A stretch of 64,000 nt of DNA, from the NCBI GenBank assembly GCA_002721365.1, contig PBKC01000011.1, forward strand, positions 38,029 through 102,028. Direction: 5' to 3'. Shown here piece by piece: positions 18,526 through 27,774 of this stretch. This DNA comes from Rhodospirillaceae bacterium. GTDB lineage: Bacteria; Pseudomonadota; Alphaproteobacteria; GCA-2721365. The notes under the pieces were generated by a model. It made no database searches. It saw only the letters and a list, made by a program, of their open reading frames with translations, and was not told the DNA's origin. Position numbers and translations under genes: made by a program. How positions within the stretch are numbered: position 1 is the stretch's first letter; each line of letters begins with the position of its first letter.

Positions 18526-19824
18526 ATGCGCGTAGATCTGCTCTATGGGCGCGGCGCCCTGCCGCTGGAGCTTCCCGACGACTGGGACGTCTCGGTGATC
18601 CGCAAGCGGCCGATGCCGGCGATCCACGACCCGGTCGCGGCGGTCGAGGGCGCCCTGGCGAGCCCCGTCGGTGCGCCGCCGCTGGCCGAAGCCGCGCGCG
18701 GCAAAAAGACAGCCTGCATCCTGATCTGCGACATCACCCGGCCGGTGCCGAACGGGCTGATCCTGCCGGTGATCGTCCGTACCCTGCTCGATGCCGGGGT
18801 TCCGGCGGCGGGAATCACCGTTCTGGTGGCGACCGGCCTTCACCGCCCCAACGAGGGCGAGGAGCTGGCCGAGCTGGTCGGCGACCCGTGGGTTCTGGAA
18901 ACCGTCAACGTCGTCAATCACTTCGCCCGGAACGATGACGATCATGTCGAGATCGGCGTCACTTCGCAGGGGACGCGGATTCGCCTGGACAAGCGCTTCG
19001 TCGAGGCGGAGCTGAGGATCGCGACCGGACTCGTCGAGCCGCATTTCATGGCCGGCTATTCGGGCGGGCGCAAGGTAATCGCCCCCGGCGTCGCCCATGC
19101 CGAGACCATCACCACCTTCCACAGCGCCCGCTTCATGGAGAACCCGCTGGCGACGATGGGGCGGCTGGACGACAACCCGCTCCATAAGGACCAGCTCGAG
19201 GTCGTCGAGCAGCTCGGCGGTGCGCTGGCGATGAACACCGTGATCGACGAGGAACGCCGCCTCGCCTTCGTCAACTATGGCGAGATCGTCGCGAGCCACC
19301 TGAAGGCGGTCGACTTCGCCCGCCGCTACACCGAGGTCGCGATCGATCGCCGGTTCCGGACGGTGATCACCAGCTCAGCCGGCTATCCGCTCGACAAAAC
19401 CTACTACCAGACCATCAAGGGCATGGTGGCGCCGGTCGACATCCTCGCCCCCGGCGGCGACATGTTCGTGGTCTCGCAATGCTCCGAGGGGATGGGCTCG
19501 GAGGAGTTCGTCGCCGCCCAGCGCCGGCTGATCGAGCTCGGCGAGCAGCGCTTCATCGAGCGCATCACCGCCCAGCGCTATGCCGAGATCGACGAGTGGC
19601 AGACCGAGATGCAGCTCCGCGCCACCCGCATCGGCGAAGTGCATCTGTTCACGGAGGGCCTCAAGGGAGAGGCGCGAGGCCTTACGGGCGTGACGATGGT
19701 CGACGATCTTGGCACCGCGATCCGAGCGGCGGTGGCGCGCCATGGCGACAAGTCGGTCGCCGTCATCCCCGAGGGCCCGTATGTGGTGCCCTCCTACACG
19801 CCGGACGCCGTGGCGGCGGAGTGA
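18526..19824 (+). CDS. LarA-family nickel-pincer-dependent 2-hydroxyacid racemase/epimerase homologue (DUF2088)
   Basis: 432 aa. ATGLHRPNEGEE, VEPHFMAGYSGGRKVIAPG and TFHSARFMENP correspond to the His, cofactor-binding Lys and His positions of lactate racemase. Confidence 0.8.
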   Translation: MRVDLLYGRGALPLELPDDWDVSVIRKRPMPAIHDPVAAVEGALASPVGAPPLAEAARGKKTACILICDITRPVPNGLILPVIVRTLLDAGVPAAGITVLVATGLHRPNEGEELAELVGDPWVLETVNVVNHFARNDDDHVEIGVTSQGTRIRLDKRFVEAELRIATGLVEPHFMAGYSGGRKVIAPGVAHAETITTFHSARFMENPLATMGRLDDNPLHKDQLEVVEQLGGALAMNTVIDEERRLAFVNYGEIVASHLKAVDFARRYTEVAIDRRFRTVITSSAGYPLDKTYYQTIKGMVAPVDILAPGGDMFVVSQCSEGMGSEEFVAAQRRLIELGEQRFIERITAQRYAEIDEWQTEMQLRATRIGEVHLFTEGLKGEARGLTGVTMVDDLGTAIRAAVARHGDKSVAVIPEGPYVVPSYTPDAVAAE

Positions 19825-19912
19825 CAGGCCAAGTCTTCTCGGCACGATGGGTCCTCCAGACAAGCCGAAGGACGAAGAAAAGGGATGATTAAACGTCTCA
19901 AATTTTCTCGTC

Positions 19913-19935
19913 GTCCTCCGGCTTGACCGGAGGAC
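19913..19935 (+). terminator. hairpin GTCCTCCGG-CTTGA-CCGGAGGAC downstream of the larA homologue (no U-tract)
   Basis: A perfect 9-bp stem. It is nested inside a longer imperfect inverted repeat starting near 19858. Confidence 0.35.
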
Positions 19936-19968
19936 CTAGCGGTCCGCTCGCCTTTATTCATAAGAAAA

Positions 19969-20994
19969 TTGGGTAAGAATTTGATTTCGCTTAGTGTTCT
20001 CGACCAGTCGCCGATCCGGAGCGGGGCCACGCCGGCCGATGCCGTCGCCGAGACCCTGGAACTCGCACGTCTGGCCGACCGGCTCGGCTACCGGCGCTAC
20101 TGGCTGGCCGAGCATCACAGCACCGGCGGGCTGGCGGGCTCGACGCCCGAGATCCTGATCGGACGGGTCGCCTCGGTCACAGACCGCATCCGCGTCGGTT
20201 CGGGCGGCGTGATGCTGAGTCACTACAGCCCGCTCAAGGTGGCCGAGAACTTCCGCATGCTGGAGACTCTCTATCCGGGCCGTATCGACCTCGGGATCGG
20301 CCGGGCGCCGGGGAGCGATTCCCGGACCGCCCAGGCGCTCCAGGCCGGGCCGCAGAGCTATGGCATCGACCAGTTCCCGCGCCAGATCCACGACCTGATG
20401 GGCTACGTCCACGGCGAGCTGCCGGCCGACCATCCGTTCGCGTCGGTGCGCGCCGAGCCGGTAGGCCCGTCGGCGCCGGAATTCTGGCTGCTGGGGTCGA
20501 GCGACGTCAGCGCCTCCTTCGCCGCCCATTTCGGCTGCGCCTTCTCCTTCGCCCACTTCATCAATGCCCAGGGCGGCGAGATGGTGATGGAGGCGTACCG
20601 GCAGCATTTCAGCCCCTCGCCCTTCCTCGACAAGCCGCTGGGCAATATCGGCGTGTTCGTCGTCTGCGCCGATACCGAGGCCGAAGCCGAACGGTTGGCG
20701 AGCACACGCGACCTGTGGATTCTCAGGCTTCGCACCGGCCGGCCCGGCCCGGTCCCATCGCCCGAGGAAGCCCTCTCCTATCCCTATACCGACGCCGAGC
20801 GCGCCTTCGTCGCCGAGGCCCGCAAGCGCACGATCGCCGGCAATCCCGATCAGGTGAAGGCGAAACTGAGCGCTTTGGCGGAGGCTTACGGCGTCGAGGA
20901 ACTGGTGGTCGTCACCATCTGCCACGACTTCGGCGCCCGCGCCCGGTCCTACGAGCTTCTGGCACAGGCTTTCGAACTGACGGAACGCAGTTGA
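19969..20994 (+). CDS. LLM-class (luciferase-like) flavin-dependent oxidoreductase
   Basis: LSVLDQSPI...YRRYWLAEHH is an N-terminus typical of this class. The start is TTG at 19969 or 19981. Confidence 0.8.
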   Translation: MGKNLISLSVLDQSPIRSGATPADAVAETLELARLADRLGYRRYWLAEHHSTGGLAGSTPEILIGRVASVTDRIRVGSGGVMLSHYSPLKVAENFRMLETLYPGRIDLGIGRAPGSDSRTAQALQAGPQSYGIDQFPRQIHDLMGYVHGELPADHPFASVRAEPVGPSAPEFWLLGSSDVSASFAAHFGCAFSFAHFINAQGGEMVMEAYRQHFSPSPFLDKPLGNIGVFVVCADTEAEAERLASTRDLWILRLRTGRPGPVPSPEEALSYPYTDAERAFVAEARKRTIAGNPDQVKAKLSALAEAYGVEELVVVTICHDFGARARSYELLAQAFELTERS

Positions 20995-21083
20995 CCGGCG
21001 ATTCGCCCATGGTTCGCGACCGCCATTCATCCTATCTTTACGCGGTCTCACTACCGTCACATTCCGGTTAGCGCTTCAGCGGG

Positions 21084-22793
21084 TTGAACATGATCGCTTT
21101 GGACGACTTCGTCCGGACCGCGCACATCGCCTATTTCACGATGGAGATCGCGCTACGCCCGGAAATTCACACTTATTCCGGCGGTCTCGGCGTGCTTGCC
21201 GGGGACACGGCGCGGACCTGTGCCGACCTCGATCTGCCGGTGGCTTTCGTCACCCTGATCAGCCGGGCCGGCTATCTCCGGCAAACGATCGACGCGGAAG
21301 GCCGACAGGTCGAGCATCCCGACCCCTGGCGACCCGAGGACTGGGTAACGCCGCTGGGCGCCATGGTGATGCTGGAAATCGAAGGCCGCGCGGTCTGGGT
21401 ACGTGCCTGGCTCTATAACCAGCACAACGGAACCGACTTCCAGGTTCCGGTGATCCTGCTCGACACCGATGTGCCGGAGAACGACCCCCGCGACCGCGAG
21501 ATCACTCACTATCTCTATGGCGGCGAACAAAGCTATCGCCTCAAGCAGGAAATGGTGCTGGGGATCGGCGGCACCCGCATCCTCCGCGCGCTGGGCTTCG
21601 ATATCCATACCTTCCACATGAACGAAGGCCACTCCGCCTTCCTGTCGCTGGAGCTGCTTCGCAACTACGAGCTGGTGTCGCGCAAGGGCATCACCGGCGA
21701 GATCGCCTATGACGTGGGACGGGTGCGGAACATGTGCATCTTCACCACCCACACGCCCGTCCATGCCGGTTTCGACCGCTTCCCCTACGCGATGGTCGAG
21801 GAAATCCTGGGGGCCAGTTATTTCGCCCTCGACCAGTTGAAGCTGCTTGCAGGCGATGACAGCCTCAACATGACGCGGCTCGCGCTGAACTTGAGCGGTT
21901 ACGTCAACGGTGTCGCCAAACGCCACGCCGAGACCTCGCGCAACATGTTTCCGGGCTATAGGGTTCACGCCATCACCAACGGCGTCCACGCACCGACCTG
22001 GGTCTCGCCGAGCTTCGCCCGCCTGTACGACAAATACGTTCCCGACTGGCGCCATGAGCCTGAGCTCCTGATCTGGGCCGACAAGGCCCCGGATCGGGAG
22101 GTGTGGGAGGCCCACCAGACGTCGAAGCGCGCCTTGATCGCCGAGATCGAGAAGGCGTCAGGGGTCAAGATGGACCCGGAGATTCCCCTGCTCGGCTTCG
22201 CTCGGCGCATGACCGGCTACAAGCGGGCCGATCTCATGTTCCAGGACCTCGAACGGTTGCAGAGGATCTACCAGAAGCATCCGTTCCAGCTCGTCCTCGC
22301 CGGCAAAGCCCATCCCCGCGATGGATCGGGCAAGAAGATCATCGAGGATATCCACCAGCATCTGCACTGGCTGAGCGACAAGATTCCGGTCGCCTACCTG
22401 CCGAACTACGATACCGACGTCGCCGCTTTCCTGGTCTCGGGCTGCGATGTCTGGCTGAACACACCCCTGCCGCCGCTGGAGGCATCCGGCACCAGCGGCA
22501 TGAAGGCGGCGATCAACGGGCTTCTCAACCTCAGCGTCCTCGACGGATGGTGGTACGAAGCCTGCATAGAAGGCACCACGGGATGGGCGATCGGCGACGG
22601 GTCGGAAGACACGTCGCACGATCAGGACTCGGCGGATCTTTACGAAAAGCTGGAGAAGGTGGTGCTGCCGCTCTACTACGGAGATCGTGACCGCTGGATC
22701 TGGATGATGAAACAGACGGTCAGCAAGATCGGGTCGTACTACAATAGCCATCGGATGATGCGGCGCTACGCAGCGGACGCCTATATCCGCTGA
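21084..22793 (+). CDS. alpha-glucan phosphorylase family protein (GT35)
   Basis: YFTMEIALRPEIHTYSGGLGVLAGD and GTSGMKAAINGLLNLSVLDGWW (PLP Lys). Confidence 0.85.
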   Translation: MNMIALDDFVRTAHIAYFTMEIALRPEIHTYSGGLGVLAGDTARTCADLDLPVAFVTLISRAGYLRQTIDAEGRQVEHPDPWRPEDWVTPLGAMVMLEIEGRAVWVRAWLYNQHNGTDFQVPVILLDTDVPENDPRDREITHYLYGGEQSYRLKQEMVLGIGGTRILRALGFDIHTFHMNEGHSAFLSLELLRNYELVSRKGITGEIAYDVGRVRNMCIFTTHTPVHAGFDRFPYAMVEEILGASYFALDQLKLLAGDDSLNMTRLALNLSGYVNGVAKRHAETSRNMFPGYRVHAITNGVHAPTWVSPSFARLYDKYVPDWRHEPELLIWADKAPDREVWEAHQTSKRALIAEIEKASGVKMDPEIPLLGFARRMTGYKRADLMFQDLERLQRIYQKHPFQLVLAGKAHPRDGSGKKIIEDIHQHLHWLSDKIPVAYLPNYDTDVAAFLVSGCDVWLNTPLPPLEASGTSGMKAAINGLLNLSVLDGWWYEACIEGTTGWAIGDGSEDTSHDQDSADLYEKLEKVVLPLYYGDRDRWIWMMKQTVSKIGSYYNSHRMMRRYAADAYIR

Positions 22794-22882
22794 GTTCGCG
22801 GGCACGGGTCGGCCTGGCCGGACACCGAGGGGGACGGTGGATCGGGCGAGCCCATAACGGGGTCAAGGACGGGGGAGCCACC

Positions 22883-24331
22883 ATGGGCGACAGCAACCGC
22901 GAACGATTTCCTTTGATGATTCCGGGCGCCAAGGGCTCGGGCGTGATCGAGGTAGCGGCCCCCTTCGACCGCTCATCCATCGCCGAAGTCGAAGGCGCCG
23001 ATCTCGCCGCCGTCGACCACGCCCTGTCCACCGCCCATGCCCTCTACCGCAATCGCGGGGCGTGGCTCACCGTCGCACGCCGTATCGAGATCCTGGAGCG
23101 CGCGGCGGAAATCATGGCCGAGCGCGCCGAGACACTGGCCGTGGAAGCGGCGCGCGAGGGCGGCAAACCACTGCTCGACTCGCGGGTCGAGGTCGCTCGG
23201 GCGATCGACAGCGTTCGCATCTGCGTCGAAGTCCTCCGCACCGAAGCCGGCCACCACATCCCGATGAACCTCAACGCCGCCTCGCTGAACCGGCTTGCCG
23301 TCACAAGGCGGGAGCCGATCGGACCGGTGGTCGCGGTGAGCGCGTTCAACCATCCCCTCAACCTGATCGCCCATCAGGTCGCCCCCGCAGTTGCGACGGG
23401 GTGCCCGGTGATCGTCAAGCCGGCCGAAGTAACCCCCCTCTCCTGCTTCCGATTCGTCGACATCTTGTGGGAGGCGGGACTGCCGCCGGAATGGTGTCAG
23501 GCCCTTGTAGCTTCTGACCTTAAGGTCGCCGAGGCCCTGGTCACCGACCCGCGGGTCGCCTTCTTCTCGTTCATCGGCAGCGCCCGCGTCGGCTGGATGC
23601 TGCGGAGCAAGCTCGCGCCCGGAACCCGATGCGCGCTGGAGCATGGCGGCGCCGCGCCGGTGCTCGTCGCCGGAGACGCCGACCTCGACGTCGCCCTGCC
23701 GTCGATCGCCAAGGGCGGGTTCTATCATGCGGGCCAAGTCTGCGTTTCCGTGCAGCGGGTCTTCGCCCACCGCGGCATCGCCGACGATTTCGCCAAGCGG
23801 CTGGCGGATGCCGCCGGGAAGCTTCGGGTGGGCGATCCCACCAGTGCCGAGACCGAAGTCGGGCCACTGATCCGACCGGCCGAGGTGGAGCGCGTCGGTG
23901 CCTGGGTCGACGAAGCGAAAGCCGCAGGTGCGACGGTGCTGACCGGCGGTTCGCCGATCTCAGAGACCTGCTACGCCCCCACCGTGCTGATGAACCCACC
24001 CGAAGACGCCAAGGTGTCGCAGATGGAGATCTTCGGCCCCGTCGTCTGCGTCTATCCCTTTGACGACGTCGACGACGCGATCGGCCGTGCCAATGCCCTG
24101 CCGTTCGCGTTCCAGTCCGCGATCTTCACCCGAGACATCGATACCGCCATGCACGCGTTCGCCGCACTCGACGCCTCGGCGGTGATGGTCAACGACCACA
24201 CCGCCTTCCGGGTCGACTGGATGCCCTTCGCGGGCCTCCGCCAGTCCGGTTACGGCGTCGGCGGCATCCCGCACACCATGCGCGACATGTCCATCGAGAA
24301 GATGCTGGTGATCCGATCACCGGAACTTTGA
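22883..24331 (+). CDS. NAD(P)-dependent aldehyde dehydrogenase
   Basis: ALEHGGAAP, GQVCVSVQR (catalytic Cys) and EIFGPV. Confidence 0.9.
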   Translation: MGDSNRERFPLMIPGAKGSGVIEVAAPFDRSSIAEVEGADLAAVDHALSTAHALYRNRGAWLTVARRIEILERAAEIMAERAETLAVEAAREGGKPLLDSRVEVARAIDSVRICVEVLRTEAGHHIPMNLNAASLNRLAVTRREPIGPVVAVSAFNHPLNLIAHQVAPAVATGCPVIVKPAEVTPLSCFRFVDILWEAGLPPEWCQALVASDLKVAEALVTDPRVAFFSFIGSARVGWMLRSKLAPGTRCALEHGGAAPVLVAGDADLDVALPSIAKGGFYHAGQVCVSVQRVFAHRGIADDFAKRLADAAGKLRVGDPTSAETEVGPLIRPAEVERVGAWVDEAKAAGATVLTGGSPISETCYAPTVLMNPPEDAKVSQMEIFGPVVCVYPFDDVDDAIGRANALPFAFQSAIFTRDIDTAMHAFAALDASAVMVNDHTAFRVDWMPFAGLRQSGYGVGGIPHTMRDMSIEKMLVIRSPEL

Positions 24332-24388
24332 CCGCAAGAAGACGATCCGCCCCGAAGCCAGACACCCCACGACAAAGGTTGCCCACCC

Positions 24389-26998
24389 GTGCATCTCGGA
24401 ATTGACCTCGGCACCACGAACAGTGCCGTCGCCGGCAGCATCGATTCGGACATCCGGATCTTCAAGACCATCGACGGCCACGACGTGCTGCCGTCCGTCA
24501 TCTACATCGACAAGGGCGGTCACCGGCTTTACGGACAGCGGGCCTTCCAGCAGGCGCTGATCTCGCCGGAGAACGTCGCCGCCGGATTCAAGCGGCTGAT
24601 GGGGACCTCGGCCCCGATCGAGTTCGCCGAGGCCGGCCTGACCATGTCGGCCGAGGACTGCAGCGCGGAGATCCTCAAGCATCTCGTCGGACAAGCCTAT
24701 GTCGAGTCGGGCGAGTCGGAGATCGAAGGTACGGTGATCACCATCCCCGCTGCGTTCAACCAGATGCAGTCGGAAGCGACTCTGCGCGCCGCGAAGAAGG
24801 CCGGGCTGGAACGGGTGAGCCTGCTGCAGGAGCCGATCGCCGCAGCCATGGCCTCGATCGCCCGGCATAGCGGCCGCAACGGCCTGTTCCTCGTCTACGA
24901 CCTCGGCGGGGGCACCTTCGACCTCGCGCTGGTCCAGAGCATGATCGGCTCGGTCAAGGTGCTGGCCCATGAAGGCATCAACATGCTGGGCGGGCGCGAC
25001 TTCGACCGCGCCATCGTCAACAACATCGTCCGCCCCTGGCTGATCGACACCTTCGACCTGCCGGTCAACTTCCAGAAGGACATCAAGTACCGGCGGCTGG
25101 TCCGCATCGGCCAGCTGGCCGCCGAGAAGGCCAAGGTCGCCCTGTCGCGGCAGACCAGCGAAAAGATCTTCGCCTCGTCCGACGAGTTGAGGGTTGCCGA
25201 CGACTCCGGCCGCGAGATGTACCTGGAGATCGACTTGGACCGGCCGATGCTGGAAGAGCTGGTCCGCGAGAAGCTTGCCGACACCATTGCCCTGTCGCGC
25301 AAGGTCTTGGCCGACAACGGCTGCAAGCCCGAGGACATCGACCGTATCGTCTTCATCGGCGGCGCGACCAAGATGCACTGGGTGCGCGAGCATGTGCCCC
25401 AGGAGCTGGGCATCGCCGCCGACCTGAAGATCGACCCGATGACGGCCGTCGCCCTGGGCGCCGCGATGTTCGCGGAGAGCCGAGAATGGCGGCGGGACGG
25501 TACCTCGCGGAAGGCGGCGCAGGCCTACCGGACCATCGGCAGCGACCTCGCCCTCAAGATCGATTTCCCGATCCGTACCGCCGACGATCGCGCTGAGATC
25601 CACGTTTACGGCGGCAAGAACTCGGCCGAGAAACGGTGCGACGTCATGATCTCCGCCGAGTCCGGCTGGAAGTCCGAGCGCCAGCGCGTCATGGGCGACA
25701 TCAGCATCGACGTGCCGCTGAAGACCATGGGCCGCAACGCCTTCAAGGTCGTCGTCTACGACGACACCGGCAAGCCGGTGATCAACGGATCGTCGGAGAT
25801 CGAGATCGTCCGCACCCACGCCACCGCTGCCGGCGTACCAGCGACGCAGACTCTGGCGGTCAAGGTCCGGGACGACAACGGTTCCGGGCGCAACCGGCTA
25901 GAGCCATTAATCGAAAAGGGCAAGCTGCTGCCGGCATCGGGCAGCAAGTCCCTGCTCGCAGCGCACGAGCTGGTCGCGTCCAAGCCGGGCAGCATCGATC
26001 TCGAAGTCTTCCAGCGTGAATCCGATCTCGGGGACCCCGCCCTCAACCTTCCGGTCGGCGTCTTCCGCCTCAGCGCCGACGATCTGGCGGCCGGCACGGT
26101 TATCCGCGCCGGCGATGCGGTCGTGTTCCATTGGGCGATGGACGACAGCGGCCTGCTGACGGCCAATGTCGAGCTGCCGTCGATCCGTCGTAAGTTCTCC
26201 ACGCCCAAGTTCTACGTCGATCAGGCGGGACATGCGTCCTATGTCGGCGAAGACGGTGAACGGATGGCGGCCAACGCTCTCAAACAGGCGGAGCGCGATC
26301 TCACCGAATTCGAGGAAGCGACCGGCGGCGCCTTTGCCGAAAACACCGCCCCGATTCATCGTCGCCTCGCCAATGCGCGGGAAGCGTTGAGCAATGCGAC
26401 CGATGCCGACGCGATCCGATCGGTCACCGAGGAGGCGCGCCACGTCCGCCAAGCGACGGCCCTGCTGGCGGCCACGCCGAATGCGCGTGCCAAGGTCCTG
26501 CGTTACGCCCTGGCCGAGGTCAGGACGATCTTCGAACAGGTTGCGCGCGAAAACGCCGACAAGCCGACGGTCAAGCGATTCGATTCCCTGCTCAAGGAAG
26601 CCCAGAAGAAGCTCAAGAAAGAAACCCAGGAGCGGCTGGACGAAGTCGAAGCCCTGCATGACGAGCTCGAGTCGACCATGCTGCGCGCCCTCTGGCAGGA
26701 TGCCGGGTTCGTCGTCTACCTCTACCAGGACCTGTCGAAAGAGCGCTATCTGGCGAGTGACAAGCCTCTGTTCGACAAGCTGGTGACCGAGGGCGCCGAA
26801 GCCCTGCAGCGCATGGATATCGGCCGACTTCGGGAAATCACCGAGACCATGTGCCGGCATCAGTTCGCATTCGGCGCCAATAAGATCGCCGCCAGCCTGG
26901 CATCCGTCTCCGCCTCTCCGCAGGAGCAGCGCAACGGTCCGCCGCGCGTACCCACGGTCCCGGCCCGGGGACAACACACTTCGGTCGGCATCGGCTAG
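24389..26998 (+). CDS. atypical long Hsp70-family protein (869 aa)
   Basis: The GTG start is followed by an actin-like ATPase domain: GIDLGTTNSAVAG, VYDLGGGTFDLALV, IVFIGGATKMHWV. About 480 further residues follow, first beta-rich and then helical and charged. Confidence 0.85.
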   Translation: MHLGIDLGTTNSAVAGSIDSDIRIFKTIDGHDVLPSVIYIDKGGHRLYGQRAFQQALISPENVAAGFKRLMGTSAPIEFAEAGLTMSAEDCSAEILKHLVGQAYVESGESEIEGTVITIPAAFNQMQSEATLRAAKKAGLERVSLLQEPIAAAMASIARHSGRNGLFLVYDLGGGTFDLALVQSMIGSVKVLAHEGINMLGGRDFDRAIVNNIVRPWLIDTFDLPVNFQKDIKYRRLVRIGQLAAEKAKVALSRQTSEKIFASSDELRVADDSGREMYLEIDLDRPMLEELVREKLADTIALSRKVLADNGCKPEDIDRIVFIGGATKMHWVREHVPQELGIAADLKIDPMTAVALGAAMFAESREWRRDGTSRKAAQAYRTIGSDLALKIDFPIRTADDRAEIHVYGGKNSAEKRCDVMISAESGWKSERQRVMGDISIDVPLKTMGRNAFKVVVYDDTGKPVINGSSEIEIVRTHATAAGVPATQTLAVKVRDDNGSGRNRLEPLIEKGKLLPASGSKSLLAAHELVASKPGSIDLEVFQRESDLGDPALNLPVGVFRLSADDLAAGTVIRAGDAVVFHWAMDDSGLLTANVELPSIRRKFSTPKFYVDQAGHASYVGEDGERMAANALKQAERDLTEFEEATGGAFAENTAPIHRRLANAREALSNATDADAIRSVTEEARHVRQATALLAATPNARAKVLRYALAEVRTIFEQVARENADKPTVKRFDSLLKEAQKKLKKETQERLDEVEALHDELESTMLRALWQDAGFVVYLYQDLSKERYLASDKPLFDKLVTEGAEALQRMDIGRLREITETMCRHQFAFGANKIAASLASVSASPQEQRNGPPRVPTVPARGQHTSVGIG

Positions 26999-27315
26999 AT
27001 CGGGATCGAGATCGTTTCAGGTCGCTTCGACCCGGGACGCGAATCTTCATCTGTTTCAAGAGAGTAGCGCGCGATCACCTGACGTCGTTCCGGCGTGAAA
27101 CGGCCGTGCCGTCGGCAAGTCCCGACCTTGGCGAACACTGCATATCGCGTGCATGGTGGTAAACAACCACCGATATCAGCCAATCGTTCTATATTAACCG
27201 CTCGTGGTACGCGATCGGATTTGGCTGGACATCGACCCGCCTGTCGTTCAGGAATCTTTTTCTCGGAAGAGGCGCCGACGACGGGAATTCACAAACTTTC
27301 CGGAGAGATAGCGAC

Positions 27316-27693
27316 TTGACTCGAAGTTCGTTTCGCTTTGTTACGCTCTTGTCGATGTTTCTGGGGTTCCTGTCGCTGCCTGCAGCGGCCCAGGAAGATC
27401 TGGATATTTCGTCGGGCGATTCGACCCATGGCGAGAAGCTGTTCCTGCAATATTGCCGGGGCTGCCATGGCAAGGACGGTCGGGGCGGTGCCCAGACCTT
27501 CATGCCCCACGTCGATACCCTAACCAAGAAGGGCTACATCGAGCTTGTGCCCAACGATTACCTTTTCCTGGTGATCTCGGATGGGGGACGCGCCGTGGGC
27601 AAAAGCGCTTACATGCCGGCATGGGGAGAGAAACTGTCCGACGAAGAGATCGTCGACATCATTTCCCACATCCGGAGTTTGCCGCTTTACTGA
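27316..27693 (+). CDS. class I c-type cytochrome (secreted)
   Basis: The signal peptide is MTRSSFRFVTLLSMFLGFLSLPAAAQ. The haem motif is CRGCH, with a distal Met in YMPAWG. The start is TTG. Confidence 0.8.
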   Translation: MTRSSFRFVTLLSMFLGFLSLPAAAQEDLDISSGDSTHGEKLFLQYCRGCHGKDGRGGAQTFMPHVDTLTKKGYIELVPNDYLFLVISDGGRAVGKSAYMPAWGEKLSDEEIVDIISHIRSLPLY

Positions 27694-27774
27694 CGGCACG
27701 AAGAAGAAAGGAGGAACCGACCACAAAATCAGTGACGATCAGTACAAACAAGTAAAATAAAACGGGAGGAAAAG

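Noticed and set aside
24317-25819. 500-aa ORF antisense to the Hsp70 gene
   Set aside because: The sense strand carries unambiguous Hsp70 ATPase motifs, and the antisense translation is low-complexity.
26995-27183. 62-aa minus-strand ORF in the spacer after the Hsp70 gene (possible gene remnant)
   Set aside because: It has no SD and poor GC3 bias, overlaps the Hsp70 stop, and has no recognisable motif.
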